Shown here piece by piece: positions 37,443-50,306 of a DNA stretch of 64,000 nt. The notes under the pieces are model-generated. The model did no database searches. It saw nothing but the letters and a program-made list of their open reading frames with translations, and was not told the origin of the DNA. The stretch comes from Escherichia coli O157:H7 (lineage in GTDB: Bacteria > Pseudomonadota > Gammaproteobacteria > Enterobacterales > Enterobacteriaceae). Location of the stretch: the NCBI RefSeq assembly GCF_013167455.1, contig NZ_CP038328.1; one strand, 5' to 3'. Both the position numbers and the translations under genes were made by a program. Numbering within the stretch: position 1 is the first letter of the stretch; each line of letters starts with the position of its first letter.

Positions 37443-38693
37443 TTACATATTCTTGATGATCGCGTCACCAAACTCTGAACATTTCAGCAGTTTAGCGCCT
37501 TCCATCAGACGTTCGAAGTCATAGGTTACGGTCTTGGCATTGATTGCGCCTTCCATACCTTTAACAATCAGGTCAGCCGCTTCAGTCCAACCCATATGGC
37601 GTAACATCATCTCAGCAGAGAGAATAATAGAACCTGGGTTAACTTTGTCCTGACCGGCATATTTCGGCGCAGTACCGTGGGTGGCTTCAAACAGGGCGCA
37701 TTCGTCACCGATGTTTGCGCCAGGGGCGATACCGATACCGCCAACCTGCGCTGCCAGGGCGTCAGAAATGTAGTCACCGTTCAGGTTCATACAGGCGATA
37801 ACATCATATTCAGCCGGACGCAGCAGGATCTGTTGCAGGAATGCATCAGCAATCACGTCTTTAATGACGATCTCTTTGCCGGTGTTCGGGTTTTTAACTT
37901 TCAGCCACGGGCCGCCGTCGATCAGTTCACCGCCAAACTCTTCACGCGCCAGCTCGTAGCCCCAGTCTTTAAACGCGCCTTCGGTGAACTTCATGATGTT
38001 GCCTTTGTGCACCAGAGTCACAGAGTCACGATCGTTAGCAATTGCGTATTCGATCGCTGCACGAACCAGACGTTTGGTGCCTTCTTCAGAACACGGCTTA
38101 ATACCGATACCGCAATGTTCCGGGAAGCGAATTTTCTTCACGCCCATCTCTTCACGCAGGAATTTAATCACTTTCTCGGCGTCGGCAGAGTCAGCTTTCC
38201 ATTCGATACCCGCATAAATGTCTTCCGAGTTTTCACGGAAGATAACCATATCGGTCAGTTCAGGGTGTTTAACCGGGCTTGGAGTGCCCTGATAGTAACG
38301 TACCGGACGCAGGCAGATGTAGAGATCCAGTTCCTGGCGCAGGGCAACGTTCAGAGAGCGAATACCGCCACCAACCGGAGTGGTCAGCGGGCCTTTAATG
38401 GCAACGCGATATTCACGAATCAGATCAAGGGTTTCAGCAGGCAGCCAGACGTCCTGACCATAAACCTGTGTGGATTTTTCACCGGTGTAAATTTCCATCC
38501 AGGAGATTTTACGCTCGCCTTTATAGGCTTTCTCGACTGCAGCGTCGACCACTTTCAGCATGGCTGGGGTTACATCTACACCGATTCCATCACCTTCAAT
38601 GTAAGGGATAATCGGATTTTCAGGAACGTTGAGTTTGCCGTTTTGCAGGGTGATCTTCTTGCCTTGTGCCGGAACAACTACTTTACTTTCCAT
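37443..38693 (-). CDS. icd: Isocitrate dehydrogenase (NADP)
   Basis: 416 aa, matches recalled E. coli Icd. Confidence 0.97.
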   Translation of the reverse strand: MESKVVVPAQGKKITLQNGKLNVPENPIIPYIEGDGIGVDVTPAMLKVVDAAVEKAYKGERKISWMEIYTGEKSTQVYGQDVWLPAETLDLIREYRVAIKGPLTTPVGGGIRSLNVALRQELDLYICLRPVRYYQGTPSPVKHPELTDMVIFRENSEDIYAGIEWKADSADAEKVIKFLREEMGVKKIRFPEHCGIGIKPCSEEGTKRLVRAAIEYAIANDRDSVTLVHKGNIMKFTEGAFKDWGYELAREEFGGELIDGGPWLKVKNPNTGKEIVIKDVIADAFLQQILLRPAEYDVIACMNLNGDYISDALAAQVGGIGIAPGANIGDECALFEATHGTAPKYAGQDKVNPGSIILSAEMMLRHMGWTEAADLIVKGMEGAINAKTVTYDFERLMEGAKLLKCSEFGDAIIKNM

Positions 38694-38864
38694 TCACCTC
38701 TCCTTCGAGCGCTACTGGTTTGCTCGTCTGCCACCACGTTGCATATGCGTTTGCGTCCTGCGATACGGATGCTTTAGAGCAATTTTTTGTTAATGATTTG
38801 TAATTGGCTTGTCAATACTACCCTATTGTTTGCCGTCATGAAAGATGCGCGTTATTAGGCTATA

Positions 38865-39518
38865 ATGCGGCAATTCATAATCTCTGAAAATACCATGCAA
38901 AAAACTTCTTTTAGAAATCACCAGGTTAAGCGATTCAGCTCACAACGTTCTACCAGGCGTAAACCTGAAAACCAGCCCACGCGTGTGATCCTGTTCAATA
39001 AACCCTACGATGTTCTTCCGCAGTTCACCGATGAAGCCGGACGCAAAACATTAAAAGAATTCATCCCGGTTCAGGGCGTTTATGCAGCAGGTCGTCTTGA
39101 CCGCGATAGCGAAGGGTTACTGGTGCTGACCAATAACGGCGCGTTGCAGGCGCGTTTAACCCAGCCGGGCAAACGCACCGGAAAAATCTATTATGTGCAG
39201 GTGGAAGGTATTCCCACACAAGACGCACTTGAAGCCTTGCGCAATGGCGTAACCTTAAATGATGGCCCTACCCTGCCCGCAGGCGCGGAGCTGGTTGACG
39301 AACCCGCGTGGTTATGGCCGCGGAATCCACCAATTCGTGAACGCAAAAGTATTCCCACCAGCTGGCTGAAGATCACCTTATATGAAGGACGTAATCGCCA
39401 GGTGCGCCGCATGACCGCCCATGTTGGTTTCCCCACGCTGCGACTGATTCGCTATGCGATGGGTGATTACTCTTTGGATAACCTTGCCAATGGCGAATGG
39501 CGAGAAGCAACAGAATAA
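38865..39518 (+). CDS. rluE: 23S rRNA pseudouridine synthase RluE
   Basis: 217 aa, pseudouridine synthase fold, conserved synteny. Confidence 0.93.
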   Translation: MRQFIISENTMQKTSFRNHQVKRFSSQRSTRRKPENQPTRVILFNKPYDVLPQFTDEAGRKTLKEFIPVQGVYAAGRLDRDSEGLLVLTNNGALQARLTQPGKRTGKIYYVQVEGIPTQDALEALRNGVTLNDGPTLPAGAELVDEPAWLWPRNPPIRERKSIPTSWLKITLYEGRNRQVRRMTAHVGFPTLRLIRYAMGDYSLDNLANGEWREATE

Positions 39519-39527
39519 GGATGCACA

Positions 39528-41149
<1,622 letters not shown>

Positions 41150-41184
41150 TTATTATCTTTACTTAAAACAAGGAAGCAGTGAAC

Positions 41185-41826
41185 GTGGCAAAGAATTACT
41201 ATGACATCACCCTCGCCCTGGCCGGTATTTGTCAGTCGGCACGCCTGGTGCAACAACTCGCTCACCAGGGGCATTGTGATGCCGATGCGCTACACGTCTC
41301 ACTCAACAGTATTATTGATATGAACCCCAGCTCGACGCTGGCGGTTTTTGGCGGTAGCGAAGCCAACCTGCGCGTCGGGCTGGAAACCCTGCTCGGCGTG
41401 CTCAATGCCAGCAGTCGCCAGGGCTTAAACGCCGAATTAACCCGCTACACACTCAGCCTGATGGTGCTTAAGCGCAAACTCTCCTCAGCGAAAGGTGCGC
41501 TCGACACTCTGGGCAACCGGATCAACGGCCTGCAACGCCAGCTCGAACACTTCGATTTACAGTCCGAAACGCTGATGAGCGCGATGGCTGCTATCTATGT
41601 TGATGTGATCAGCCCGCTTGGCCCGCGCATTCAGGTCACCGGTTCCCCTGCTGTACTGCAAAGCCCACAAGTGCAGGCGAAAGTTCGCGCAACCCTGCTG
41701 GCAGGCATTCGCGCCGCCGTGCTCTGGCACCAGGTCGGCGGCGGACGTCTGCAACTGATGTTTTCTCGTAATCGCCTGACCACTCAGGCAAAACAAATTC
41801 TTGCTCATTTAACCCCGGAGTTGTGA
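41185..41826 (+). CDS. hflD: High-frequency lysogenization protein HflD (GTG start inferred)
   Basis: 213 aa from (V)[20 protein letters not shown]. Confidence 0.9.
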   Translation: MAKNYYDITLALAGICQSARLVQQLAHQGHCDADALHVSLNSIIDMNPSSTLAVFGGSEANLRVGLETLLGVLNASSRQGLNAELTRYTLSLMVLKRKLSSAKGALDTLGNRINGLQRQLEHFDLQSETLMSAMAAIYVDVISPLGPRIQVTGSPAVLQSPQVQAKVRATLLAGIRAAVLWHQVGGGRLQLMFSRNRLTTQAKQILAHLTPEL

Positions 41827-43200
<1,374 letters not shown>

Positions 43201-43368
43201 ACTCGTACCAGTGCCGGATGGCGATGCTGTCCGGCCTGCTTATTAAGATTATCCGCTTTTTATTTTTTCACTTTACCTCCCCTCCCCCGCTGGTTTATTT
43301 AATGTTTACCCCCATAACCACATAATCGCGTTACACTATTTTAATAATTAAGACAGGGAGAAATAAAA

Positions 43369-44040
43369 ATGCGCGTACTGGTTGTTGAAGACAATGCGTT
43401 GTTACGTCACCACCTTAAAGTTCAGATTCAGGATGCTGGTCATCAGGTCGATGATGCAGAAGATGCCAAAGAAGCCGATTATTATCTCAATGAACATTTA
43501 CCGGATATTGCGATTGTCGATCTCGGATTGCCAGACGAGGACGGTCTGTCACTGATTTGCCGCTGGCGTAGCAATGATGTTTCACTGCCGATTCTGGTAT
43601 TAACCGCCCGTGAAAGCTGGCAGGACAAAGTCGAAGTATTAAGTGCCGGTGCTGATGATTACGTGACTAAACCGTTTCATATTGAAGAGGTGATGGCGCG
43701 AATGCAGGCATTAATGCGGCGTAATAGCGGCCTGGCTTCACAGGTCATTTCGCTCCCCCCGTTTCAGGTTGATCTCTCTCGCCGTGAATTATCTATTAAT
43801 GACGAAGTGATCAAACTGACCGCGTTCGAATACACCATTATGGAAACGTTGATACGCAATAATGGCAAAGTGGTCAGCAAAGATTCGTTAATGCTACAAC
43901 TCTATCCGGATGCGGAGCTGCGGGAAAGCCATACCATTGATGTACTGATGGGACGTCTGCGCAAAAAAATTCAGGCACAATATCCGCAAGAAGTGATTAC
44001 TACCGTTCGCGGCCAGGGCTATTTGTTCGAATTGCGCTGA
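43369..44040 (+). CDS. phoP: Response regulator PhoP
   Basis: 223 aa, OmpR-family regulator. Confidence 0.97.
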   Translation: MRVLVVEDNALLRHHLKVQIQDAGHQVDDAEDAKEADYYLNEHLPDIAIVDLGLPDEDGLSLICRWRSNDVSLPILVLTARESWQDKVEVLSAGADDYVTKPFHIEEVMARMQALMRRNSGLASQVISLPPFQVDLSRRELSINDEVIKLTAFEYTIMETLIRNNGKVVSKDSLMLQLYPDAELRESHTIDVLMGRLRKKIQAQYPQEVITTVRGQGYLFELR

Positions 44041-45500
44041 TGAAAAAATTACTGCGTCTTTTTTTCCCGCTCTCGCTGCGGGTACGTTTTCTGTTGGCAA
44101 CGGCAGCGGTAGTACTGGTGCTTTCGCTTGCCTACGGAATGGTCGCGCTGATCGGTTATAGCGTCAGTTTCGATAAAACTACGTTTCGGCTGTTACGTGG
44201 CGAGAGCAATCTGTTCTATACCCTTGCGAAGTGGGAAAACAATAAGTTGCATGTCGAGTTACCCGAAAATATCGACAAGCAAAGCCCCACCATGACGCTA
44301 ATTTATGATGAGAACGGGCAGCTTTTATGGGCGCAACGTGACGTGCCCTGGCTGATGAAGATGATCCAGCCTGACTGGCTGAAATCGAATGGTTTTCATG
44401 AAATTGAAGCGGATGTTAACGATACCAGCCTCTTGCTGAGTGGAGATCATTCGATACAGCAACAGTTGCAGGAAGTGCGGGAAGATGATGACGACGCGGA
44501 GATGACCCACTCGGTGGCGGTAAACGTCTACCCGGCAACATCGCGGATGCCAAAGTTAACCATTGTGGTGGTGGATACCATTCCGGTGGAGCTAAAAAGT
44601 TCCTATATGGTCTGGAGCTGGTTTATCTATGTGCTCTCAGCCAATCTGCTGTTAGTGATCCCGCTGCTGTGGGTCGCCGCCTGGTGGAGTTTACGCCCCA
44701 TCGAAGCCCTGGCAAAAGAAGTCCGCGAACTGGAAGAACATAACCGCGAATTGCTCAATCCAGCCACAACGCGAGAACTGACCAGTCTGGTACGAAACCT
44801 GAACCGATTGTTAAAAAGTGAACGCGAACGTTACGACAAATATCGTACAACGCTCACCGACCTGACCCATAGTCTGAAAACGCCACTGGCGGTGCTGCAA
44901 AGTACGCTGCGTTCTCTACGTAGTGAAAAGATGAGCGTCAGTGATGCTGAACCGGTAATGCTGGAGCAAATCAGCCGCATTTCACAGCAAATTGGCTACT
45001 ACCTGCATCGTGCCAGTATGCACGGCGGGACATTGCTCAGCCGCGAGCTGCATCCGGTCGCCCCACTGCTGGACAATCTCACCTCGGCGCTGAACAAAGT
45101 GTATCAACGCAAAGGGGTCAATATCTCTCTCGATATTTCGCCAGAGATCAGCTTTGTCGGTGAGCAGAACGATTTTGTCGAGGTGATGGGCAATGTACTG
45201 GATAATGCCTGTAAATATTGCCTCGAGTTTGTCGAAATTTCTGCAAGGCAAACCGACGAGCATCTCTATATTGTGGTCGAGGATGATGGCCCCGGTATTC
45301 CATTAAGCAAGCGAGAGGTCATTTTCGACCGTGGTCAACGGGTTGATACTTTACGCCCTGGGCAAGGTGTGGGGCTGGCGGTAGCCCGCGAAATCACCAA
45401 GCAATATGAGGGTAAAATCGTCGCCGGAGAGAGCATGCTTGGCGGTGCGCGGATGGAGGTGATTTTTGGTCGCCAGCATTCTACGCCGAAAGATGAATAA
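44040..45500 (+). CDS. phoQ: Sensor histidine kinase PhoQ
   Basis: 486 aa, two TM segments, HisKA/HATPase. Confidence 0.97.
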   Translation: MKKLLRLFFPLSLRVRFLLATAAVVLVLSLAYGMVALIGYSVSFDKTTFRLLRGESNLFYTLAKWENNKLHVELPENIDKQSPTMTLIYDENGQLLWAQRDVPWLMKMIQPDWLKSNGFHEIEADVNDTSLLLSGDHSIQQQLQEVREDDDDAEMTHSVAVNVYPATSRMPKLTIVVVDTIPVELKSSYMVWSWFIYVLSANLLLVIPLLWVAAWWSLRPIEALAKEVRELEEHNRELLNPATTRELTSLVRNLNRLLKSERERYDKYRTTLTDLTHSLKTPLAVLQSTLRSLRSEKMSVSDAEPVMLEQISRISQQIGYYLHRASMHGGTLLSRELHPVAPLLDNLTSALNKVYQRKGVNISLDISPEISFVGEQNDFVEVMGNVLDNACKYCLEFVEISARQTDEHLYIVVEDDGPGIPLSKREVIFDRGQRVDTLRPGQGVGLAVAREITKQYEGKIVAGESMLGGARMEVIFGRQHSTPKDE

Positions 45501-45586
45501 ATATGTCCTTTTATCACCACAGCAAGGCAACCCATTGATTTAATTAAACAACCCACACTGCAAAAAGTGCTAAAAACAGCAAATTG

Positions 45587-45607
45587 ACTACACCATTAAC
45601 TACACCG
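45587..45607 (+). repeat. Satellite att direct repeat, left copy
   Basis: Identical 21-mer to 56564..56584; flanks also similar. Confidence 0.6.
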
Positions 45608-45990
45608 TTCGGTGCACTGTATGAAACAACGTGGAACAAATAGACACAAGAAATATACAGGCGGGTAATCTTTCCAGGGGGAAGCGCACCAATTCATGAG
45701 GGGCGTTAATGTCGATATGGGGATCCCCATAACGGGGCTACCGGATTTTTTTTCCGGTTAACTGTTAATCAGGCTGGTGGGTTTTACCTGTTCGGTAGGT
45801 GTTATGATTATCGTAATACCTTTCCCCCAGTGGGGTAAAAGCTCCAACCGTAACGATGTTCGTTGTGGTTGCCTTGATGGTCTGCGTGGTCATTATGACC
45901 ATTCAGAATATGAAGGGTGACGCTTCCGACTTCCTCAAATTGAGGTTTCCGAAAATATCAGCGGGTTAGCGATTAATCTGACCATTAATT

Positions 45991-46013
45991 AAACTACGAA
46001 AATTTCGTAGTTT
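45991..46013. other. Perfect palindrome AAACTACGAAAATTTCGTAGTTT
   Basis: Read in sequence, ~90 bp downstream of the last satellite ORF; possible terminator or operator. Confidence 0.4.
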
Positions 46014-46100
46014 GTGAATATATTCCGGCCTTCTGATTAACAGTCCTCAGATGTGAGGATGTAGCCAGCGCAATTTTGCGTTATCGGGAATATCAGCAAG

Positions 46101-46382
46101 TTACCGCCGCAGCCGTTCCGGCTTCTTCCAGTGGTACGTTATTTTTTCTTTCTCCCGATACAGTTCAACGCGGCGATTGTAGGCCAGCATTTCAAGAACG
46201 CGGTTCCGTATGTTGCGCATATCAACGCCATTAAGTTCTATACCATCACGGCGCATCACTTCCGCTACAACACGCACATAATTTTCAGCGGTCACGCTGT
46301 CCGGCTGTGTGGCCTGTTCGTCATGCTGCTGGCTGATTCCGGCGACGCGGCGGATTAATCCCAGTAGTTCGGCTTCTGTCAT
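46101..46382 (-). CDS. Hypothetical protein, satellite, cos-proximal
   Basis: 93 aa ORF starting just left of cos copy A. Confidence 0.4.
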   Translation of the reverse strand: MTEAELLGLIRRVAGISQQHDEQATQPDSVTAENYVRVVAEVMRRDGIELNGVDMRNIRNRVLEMLAYNRRVELYREKEKITYHWKKPERLRR

Positions 46383-46416
46383 TGTGCCCCCATCGCTCTG
46401 ATAGTCTGGTGTCGTC

Positions 46417-46464
46417 GGGTCCTTCCTGGAATTATGGCCCGTTACGGGGCGGCGACCTCGCGGT
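46417..46464 (+). repeat. Satellite cos copy A (cosN GGGCGGCGACCT at 46448..46459), followed by a lambda-cosB-like tract to ~46637
   Basis: 48-bp inverted repeat with 47309..47356; downstream TTTATGAGAATTTTCCGG resembles the lambda left end. Confidence 0.8.
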
Positions 46465-46637
46465 TTTTATCTGTTTATGAGAATTTTCCGGCAAAAGTCA
46501 GATCCGATCTTCTTCTCTGTAACAGACTGTTTAACAATGAAAATATTAAAAAAAGAAAGGATCTGACACGAGGCATTTTAGCCAGAAAATGCCATTATCA
46601 GATCCTTTCTCATTTTTGTTCAATAATTGCGCGTCTG

Positions 46638-47180
46638 TTACTCGCCTTTCTTCTGTAGCAACTTTTCCGGTACGTTTCCGGTTGTTTCTTTCAAGTAATC
46701 AGCCAGTATCTGTGGGAGGTTGTCGGCAACTCTGGCACTGGCATTACAGGCTTTAACCACTTCCCTTTTAAGCCTGTCCAGCATGGCGGGGGTAATCTGT
46801 GGGAAGCTCCTTTGCATAGTAAGCGGGAGGCTGTCCATGATTGATGAAATCTGACTCGCCAGCTTTGAAAGCGCGTACAGGCAAAACTCAGTATCAATCA
46901 CGTCACCGCGATCGCGATCGTTTTTAAGTTCCTGCGCCTCTGCCTGTGCTGTCAGTAATCTGATCCTGACTCGTAAAAGTTCATCATCGTCAATCTCGCC
47001 TTTGTCGTTTATAAGCTGGCTAATTGCATTGTTAACCCTATTTTCTATCACGCTGGCAACATCATAAAACGCCTCACGGCCTTTACGCTCAACGGGAGTT
47101 ACTCCCCACTTGTCGAACGCTGTCGCACTTACACGGCAGCTTTTCGCCATGTTTTTTTTGTTCATCAGATGAGATTTCAT
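46638..47180 (-). CDS. Terminase small subunit homologue (Nu1-like), satellite-encoded
   Basis: 180 aa; C-terminal region aligns with the prophage Nu1 in this window (LTAQAEAQELKNDRDRGDVIDTEFCLYALSKLASQISSIMDSLPLTMQRSFPQ vs LTRAQADAQELKNARDSAEVVETAFCTFVLSRIAGEIASILDGIPLSVQRRFPE). Confidence 0.75.
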   Translation of the reverse strand: MKSHLMNKKNMAKSCRVSATAFDKWGVTPVERKGREAFYDVASVIENRVNNAISQLINDKGEIDDDELLRVRIRLLTAQAEAQELKNDRDRGDVIDTEFCLYALSKLASQISSIMDSLPLTMQRSFPQITPAMLDRLKREVVKACNASARVADNLPQILADYLKETTGNVPEKLLQKKGE

Positions 47181-47308
47181 TAATACACCAACTTAATTAC
47201 TGCTTCAGGTTGGTGTATTGCTTGCATCTTTCCCTTTTCATTCATAAAGATAGATCAAACAACAAAACCACCACCACCACCCTGAAAAGGCTCATAAATA
47301 GCGAAAAT

Positions 47309-47356
47309 CCGCGAGGTCGCCGCCCCGTAACGGGCCATAATTCCAGGAAGGACCCG
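47309..47356 (-). repeat. Satellite cos copy B (cosN complement at 47314..47325), inverted relative to copy A
   Basis: Exact 48-bp reverse complement of 46417..46464; first 23 bp also identical to the prophage cos at 25631..25653. Confidence 0.8.
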
Positions 47357-47357
47357 T

Positions 47358-47379
47358 AAAAAAGCCGGATTTCTCCGGC
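47358..47379 (-). terminator. Intrinsic terminator, copy 1 of a repeated satellite hairpin
   Basis: AAAAAAGCCGGATTTCTCCGGC; on the minus strand a hairpin plus T6 just after the stop of 47386..47799. Confidence 0.55.
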
Positions 47380-47385
47380 CTTGTC

Positions 47386-47799
47386 TCAGATGGTTTTCAG
47401 TATGCGATCGATGTCGCCGTCATCGCCCTGGTTTCTGCCATCGTATGCCATGCCAGCTGATACGGCTTGCGGGCTGTGCATGTCCATAAAGTTTTCAAAG
47501 GCTGCGGTAAGTTCCGGCGCAACCTTCGGACGTTCCTGCTCTATGGTCATGCTAAGGATGCTTTTAGCCGTACCAACATCGATACAAGGCACGTTTGCCA
47601 TTGCACGCAACAGCGGCTGATAGTCTTTATGCTCATGAAGCGCCATAATCGCATCAGCGCACGGCTTGTCCTGCTCTTCCAGTTTGTTTAGTTGATATAC
47701 GGCCTCATAGGTTGATAAACCTCTGTCAGCCATTGCCCGCGCTTCGACTTTAAATTTACTCGCCAGCGGTAGCGTCATGATGCTTTCATTCGTTGCCAT
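47386..47799 (-). CDS. Hypothetical protein in the satellite capsid module
   Basis: 137 aa, downstream of the D-like gene. Confidence 0.4.
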   Translation of the reverse strand: MATNESIMTLPLASKFKVEARAMADRGLSTYEAVYQLNKLEEQDKPCADAIMALHEHKDYQPLLRAMANVPCIDVGTAKSILSMTIEQERPKVAPELTAAFENFMDMHSPQAVSAGMAYDGRNQGDDGDIDRILKTI

Positions 47800-47811
47800 C
47801 GTTCCCCCTGC

Positions 47812-48147
47812 TTATCGGGCCAGCGGCTGAACGGATACGCCGGAACCCGCAAAGGCGGCGCATTTTTTCGCATCGGTGTCGACGCTCTCAGGCCAGTTAA
47901 CGGCGGCAATATTGAATATCCCCGTCTTGTAACACTGTGCTGATTTCTGCTTTGACGTGTCCACAGGGTACGAGGTCAGATAAACAGCCTTGCCAGATTC
48001 CTGACCATCCCACGGCTTAAACTCGCCATTGTCTGCCAGCATCAGCGGGGTAAATTCCTGAATAACGCCAGCATCAGCGGCAAAATGTACCAACGTCGTG
48101 GATACCTGCTGACTGCCTGCAAATAACTCAATGTATGGAGTGTCCAT
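47812..48147 (-). CDS. Head decoration protein homologue (gpD-like), satellite-encoded
   Basis: 111 aa; C-terminus KKCAAFAGSGVSV vs prophage [15 protein letters not shown]. Confidence 0.65.
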   Translation of the reverse strand: MDTPYIELFAGSQQVSTTLVHFAADAGVIQEFTPLMLADNGEFKPWDGQESGKAVYLTSYPVDTSKQKSAQCYKTGIFNIAAVNWPESVDTDAKKCAAFAGSGVSVQPLAR

Positions 48148-48159
48148 AGAATCCCCCCG

Positions 48160-49215
48160 TTAACCAATTTTGACGGTAACAAATTTGCGAATATCTGCCG
48201 GTACCGGCTGCGGTGCACTGTGTGTCTGCACGTACTCAATCGCCGGATCGCCGTCCTCAATCCAGTTTTTCGGGTAAAACATGTTTTGTGTTGCGCCCGT
48301 TCTTACCGCTTCCTGATCCATTATCGCACCATAGGCCACCAGCCCTTTATTGTTGGTGTTACCCAGGACCAGCAAATCAGGCTCAAGGAAATATTTTTCG
48401 GTACCATCGCTGTCAGTGTATTTGCCGGAATAGACGATAAGGGCCAGATCACCAAGATAGCCTTTAAAGCTCACCACTTCGCCCAGGTTTTTACAGGCCA
48501 GTTCGGCGGCGGATTCTGAACCACGGGAAAGATCGTACAGCTCACGGAATTTTTTAAAGCTGCGTAATGTGCGCCATACCTCAGCGCCCATAATCATGAC
48601 GTTTGCGGGGCAACCAGCCTGATCAGCATAAAGCTCGATGTCATAGATTGGGTCGTGCATGTCTTTATCCTGCTCGGACCATTTTTTACCCTTGGCCTGC
48701 TCTATGATGCAGTTTTCCGGTATTTTCCAGTCGATTTCATAGCGTTCTATGCCTTCGCCCTCAATGATGTTTTTTCCGGTCGTTACCGCATTCACCGCCA
48801 GCCATTCCACGCGTGCCTTAATGGCGTTTATCTGGCGGCGCATGTTGCCAGTAATCAGGCGCATACGGCGATAGGTAGGGTCGTTAAGCTGTGCCGGATC
48901 TTCTCCAGCCATGCGCATGATGGTTTTCGTTGGATCGATTTCGTGCTTTGGCTTCATGTAGCCAGGTTTGATTGTGCTGGTTTCGTACCCTTTATCGCGC
49001 TGAACCTGGCTACCCACCATAGGCGAACAAAACGCCGACATGGTGACTTCTTCAATGTCCAGGGTATCCAGCATGATGTTTTGCGTGCTGAATGTCGCCA
49101 CGTTCGGGAAAAACAGCGTGGTAAACAGAGGGCTGAATTTAAAATCCGCAATATCCCCGCGATTCAGGTACATGAAAAGCTGGTTAGTGTTAAGTGCCGT
49201 TGCTTTGCCTGCCAT
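48160..49215 (-). CDS. Major capsid protein homologue (gpE-like), satellite-encoded
   Basis: 351 aa; alignable along its length with prophage gpE (e.g. KPGYMKPKHEIDP vs TPGYVKPKHEVNP; YPKNWIEDGDPAIEY vs YPKNWVTTGDPAREF). Confidence 0.85.
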   Translation of the reverse strand: MAGKATALNTNQLFMYLNRGDIADFKFSPLFTTLFFPNVATFSTQNIMLDTLDIEEVTMSAFCSPMVGSQVQRDKGYETSTIKPGYMKPKHEIDPTKTIMRMAGEDPAQLNDPTYRRMRLITGNMRRQINAIKARVEWLAVNAVTTGKNIIEGEGIERYEIDWKIPENCIIEQAKGKKWSEQDKDMHDPIYDIELYADQAGCPANVMIMGAEVWRTLRSFKKFRELYDLSRGSESAAELACKNLGEVVSFKGYLGDLALIVYSGKYTDSDGTEKYFLEPDLLVLGNTNNKGLVAYGAIMDQEAVRTGATQNMFYPKNWIEDGDPAIEYVQTHSAPQPVPADIRKFVTVKIG

Positions 49216-49454
49216 TATTCACCCCCATAATTTTTATGCATCCCAAGCGCCGCAAGTAAATAAGAGCGTACAAGTGAACCTATCGACGGCTCCGGCGTCA
49301 TCAGCGGATCCAGTCCAGCCGCAACGCCAGCTTCATAGTTTTTTTTGTGGCGCTGCTTGAGCACCTCCACGATTTCGGGGCTTATGTACACCGAAACACC
49401 GCTTTTTTTCTCTTCAGCCATAGTAAGAAATTCCTCTTCGACTAAAAAAATCAT
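49215..49454 (-). CDS. Hypothetical small protein upstream of the capsid gene
   Basis: 79 aa ORF, stop overlaps the capsid start; possible internal start at MAEEKK. Confidence 0.35.
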   Translation of the reverse strand: MIFLVEEEFLTMAEEKKSGVSVYISPEIVEVLKQRHKKNYEAGVAAGLDPLMTPEPSIGSLVRSYLLAALGMHKNYGGE

Positions 49455-49586
49455 AACTGGATGTTTATCCAGTCCTGATTATAATCAGAATTGCATTTTA
49501 TGCAATGATATTGAGTTATGTTGCAAATTATGAAATGATTATCCCGATCACGAACGCCAGTGCATCCAAAAACCTCATATGCAAAA

Positions 49587-49624
49587 GCCCGATAAGAACC
49601 CTCTGACCTTATCGGGCTTTTTTT
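49587..49624 (+). terminator. Plus-strand intrinsic terminator, convergent with the satellite operon
   Basis: GCCCGATAAG-n11-CTTATCGGGC followed by T7. Confidence 0.5.
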
Positions 49625-49630
49625 GGGCGC

Positions 49631-49652
49631 AAAAAAGCCGGATTGCTCCGGC
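49631..49652 (-). terminator. Intrinsic terminator, copy 2 of the repeated hairpin
   Basis: AAAAAAGCCGGATTGCTCCGGC just after the stop of 49673..49897. Confidence 0.55.
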
Positions 49653-49672
49653 TATGTGTGCTGTGTGCTGGC

Positions 49673-49897
49673 TCAGTCTCTGATCTCTTTCAGAAATTCT
49701 ATCAATGCATCTATCTGTTCAGGATTTACCGCCAGCATTTCACCGGATAGAGCACATCTCACAAAACCATGCTGATCCTTTTCAATCAGTGCGCCCGTCT
49801 CCAGGAATGCGCGGTAATCATTGATGCTCATCGTCTCCATGTTGTCAGCATGGTATTTATCACGCTGTTTTAATATCTCATCAAATTTCATCGGCAT
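49673..49897 (-). CDS. Hypothetical protein
   Basis: 74 aa ORF with its own terminator. Confidence 0.35.
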   Translation of the reverse strand: MPMKFDEILKQRDKYHADNMETMSINDYRAFLETGALIEKDQHGFVRCALSGEMLAVNPEQIDALIEFLKEIRD

Positions 49898-49993
49898 TGT
49901 TTTTTTCCTCTGTTGTGTCTGTTTGTTTCAGATAGTAACTATGCCTGACCGTGACGAAAACCCGGTAATGCGCCATACCGTTTCAACTGGTGC

Positions 49994-50016
49994 AAAAAAA
50001 GCCGGATTTCTCCGGC
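49994..50016 (-). terminator. Intrinsic terminator, copy 3 of the repeated hairpin
   Basis: AAAAAAAGCCGGATTTCTCCGGC just after the stop of 50024..50296. Confidence 0.55.
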
Positions 50017-50023
50017 TGTTTGA

Positions 50024-50296
50024 TTAGCTGTCCTGGTAATTGCGCCATATTTCATCACCAGCACCATCTATACCCATTTCGGCATAAGTGCGATCGACTG
50101 CCTTTTTCAGGTCTCCGAAATTATCCGGCGGCTCCGGTGCCCTCTGTGCCTTCCTTGAACATTCCAGCCGTCGCATCGTGATGTGATGCCGTTCCTTGTC
50201 TGTCTCCACCAGCTGCATGACTTCACCCCATCGCGCCGCCGCCCTCCGGTAAAAGCCTTTCGCCTCCAGTTCCTCCGCTATGCGGTCATGTACCAT
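50024..50296 (-). CDS. Small regulator, possibly PerC-family (family assignment tentative)
   Basis: 90 aa from MVHDRIAEELEAKGFYRRAAARWGEVM...; resemblance to PerC/Pch is from memory only. Confidence 0.35.
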   Translation of the reverse strand: MVHDRIAEELEAKGFYRRAAARWGEVMQLVETDKERHHITMRRLECSRKAQRAPEPPDNFGDLKKAVDRTYAEMGIDGAGDEIWRNYQDS

Positions 50297-50306
50297 CGTC
50301 ACCCCC

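Noticed and set aside
37677-38777. 366-aa plus-strand ORF overlapping icd
   Set aside because: Antisense to an unambiguous icd reading frame.
45640-46100. Small ORFs (24 to 37 aa) in the 0.5 kb between the left att and the first satellite gene, considered as a hok-like toxin
   Set aside because: No hydrophobic transmembrane segment, no convincing RBS, no match to remembered Hok/Ldr sequences.
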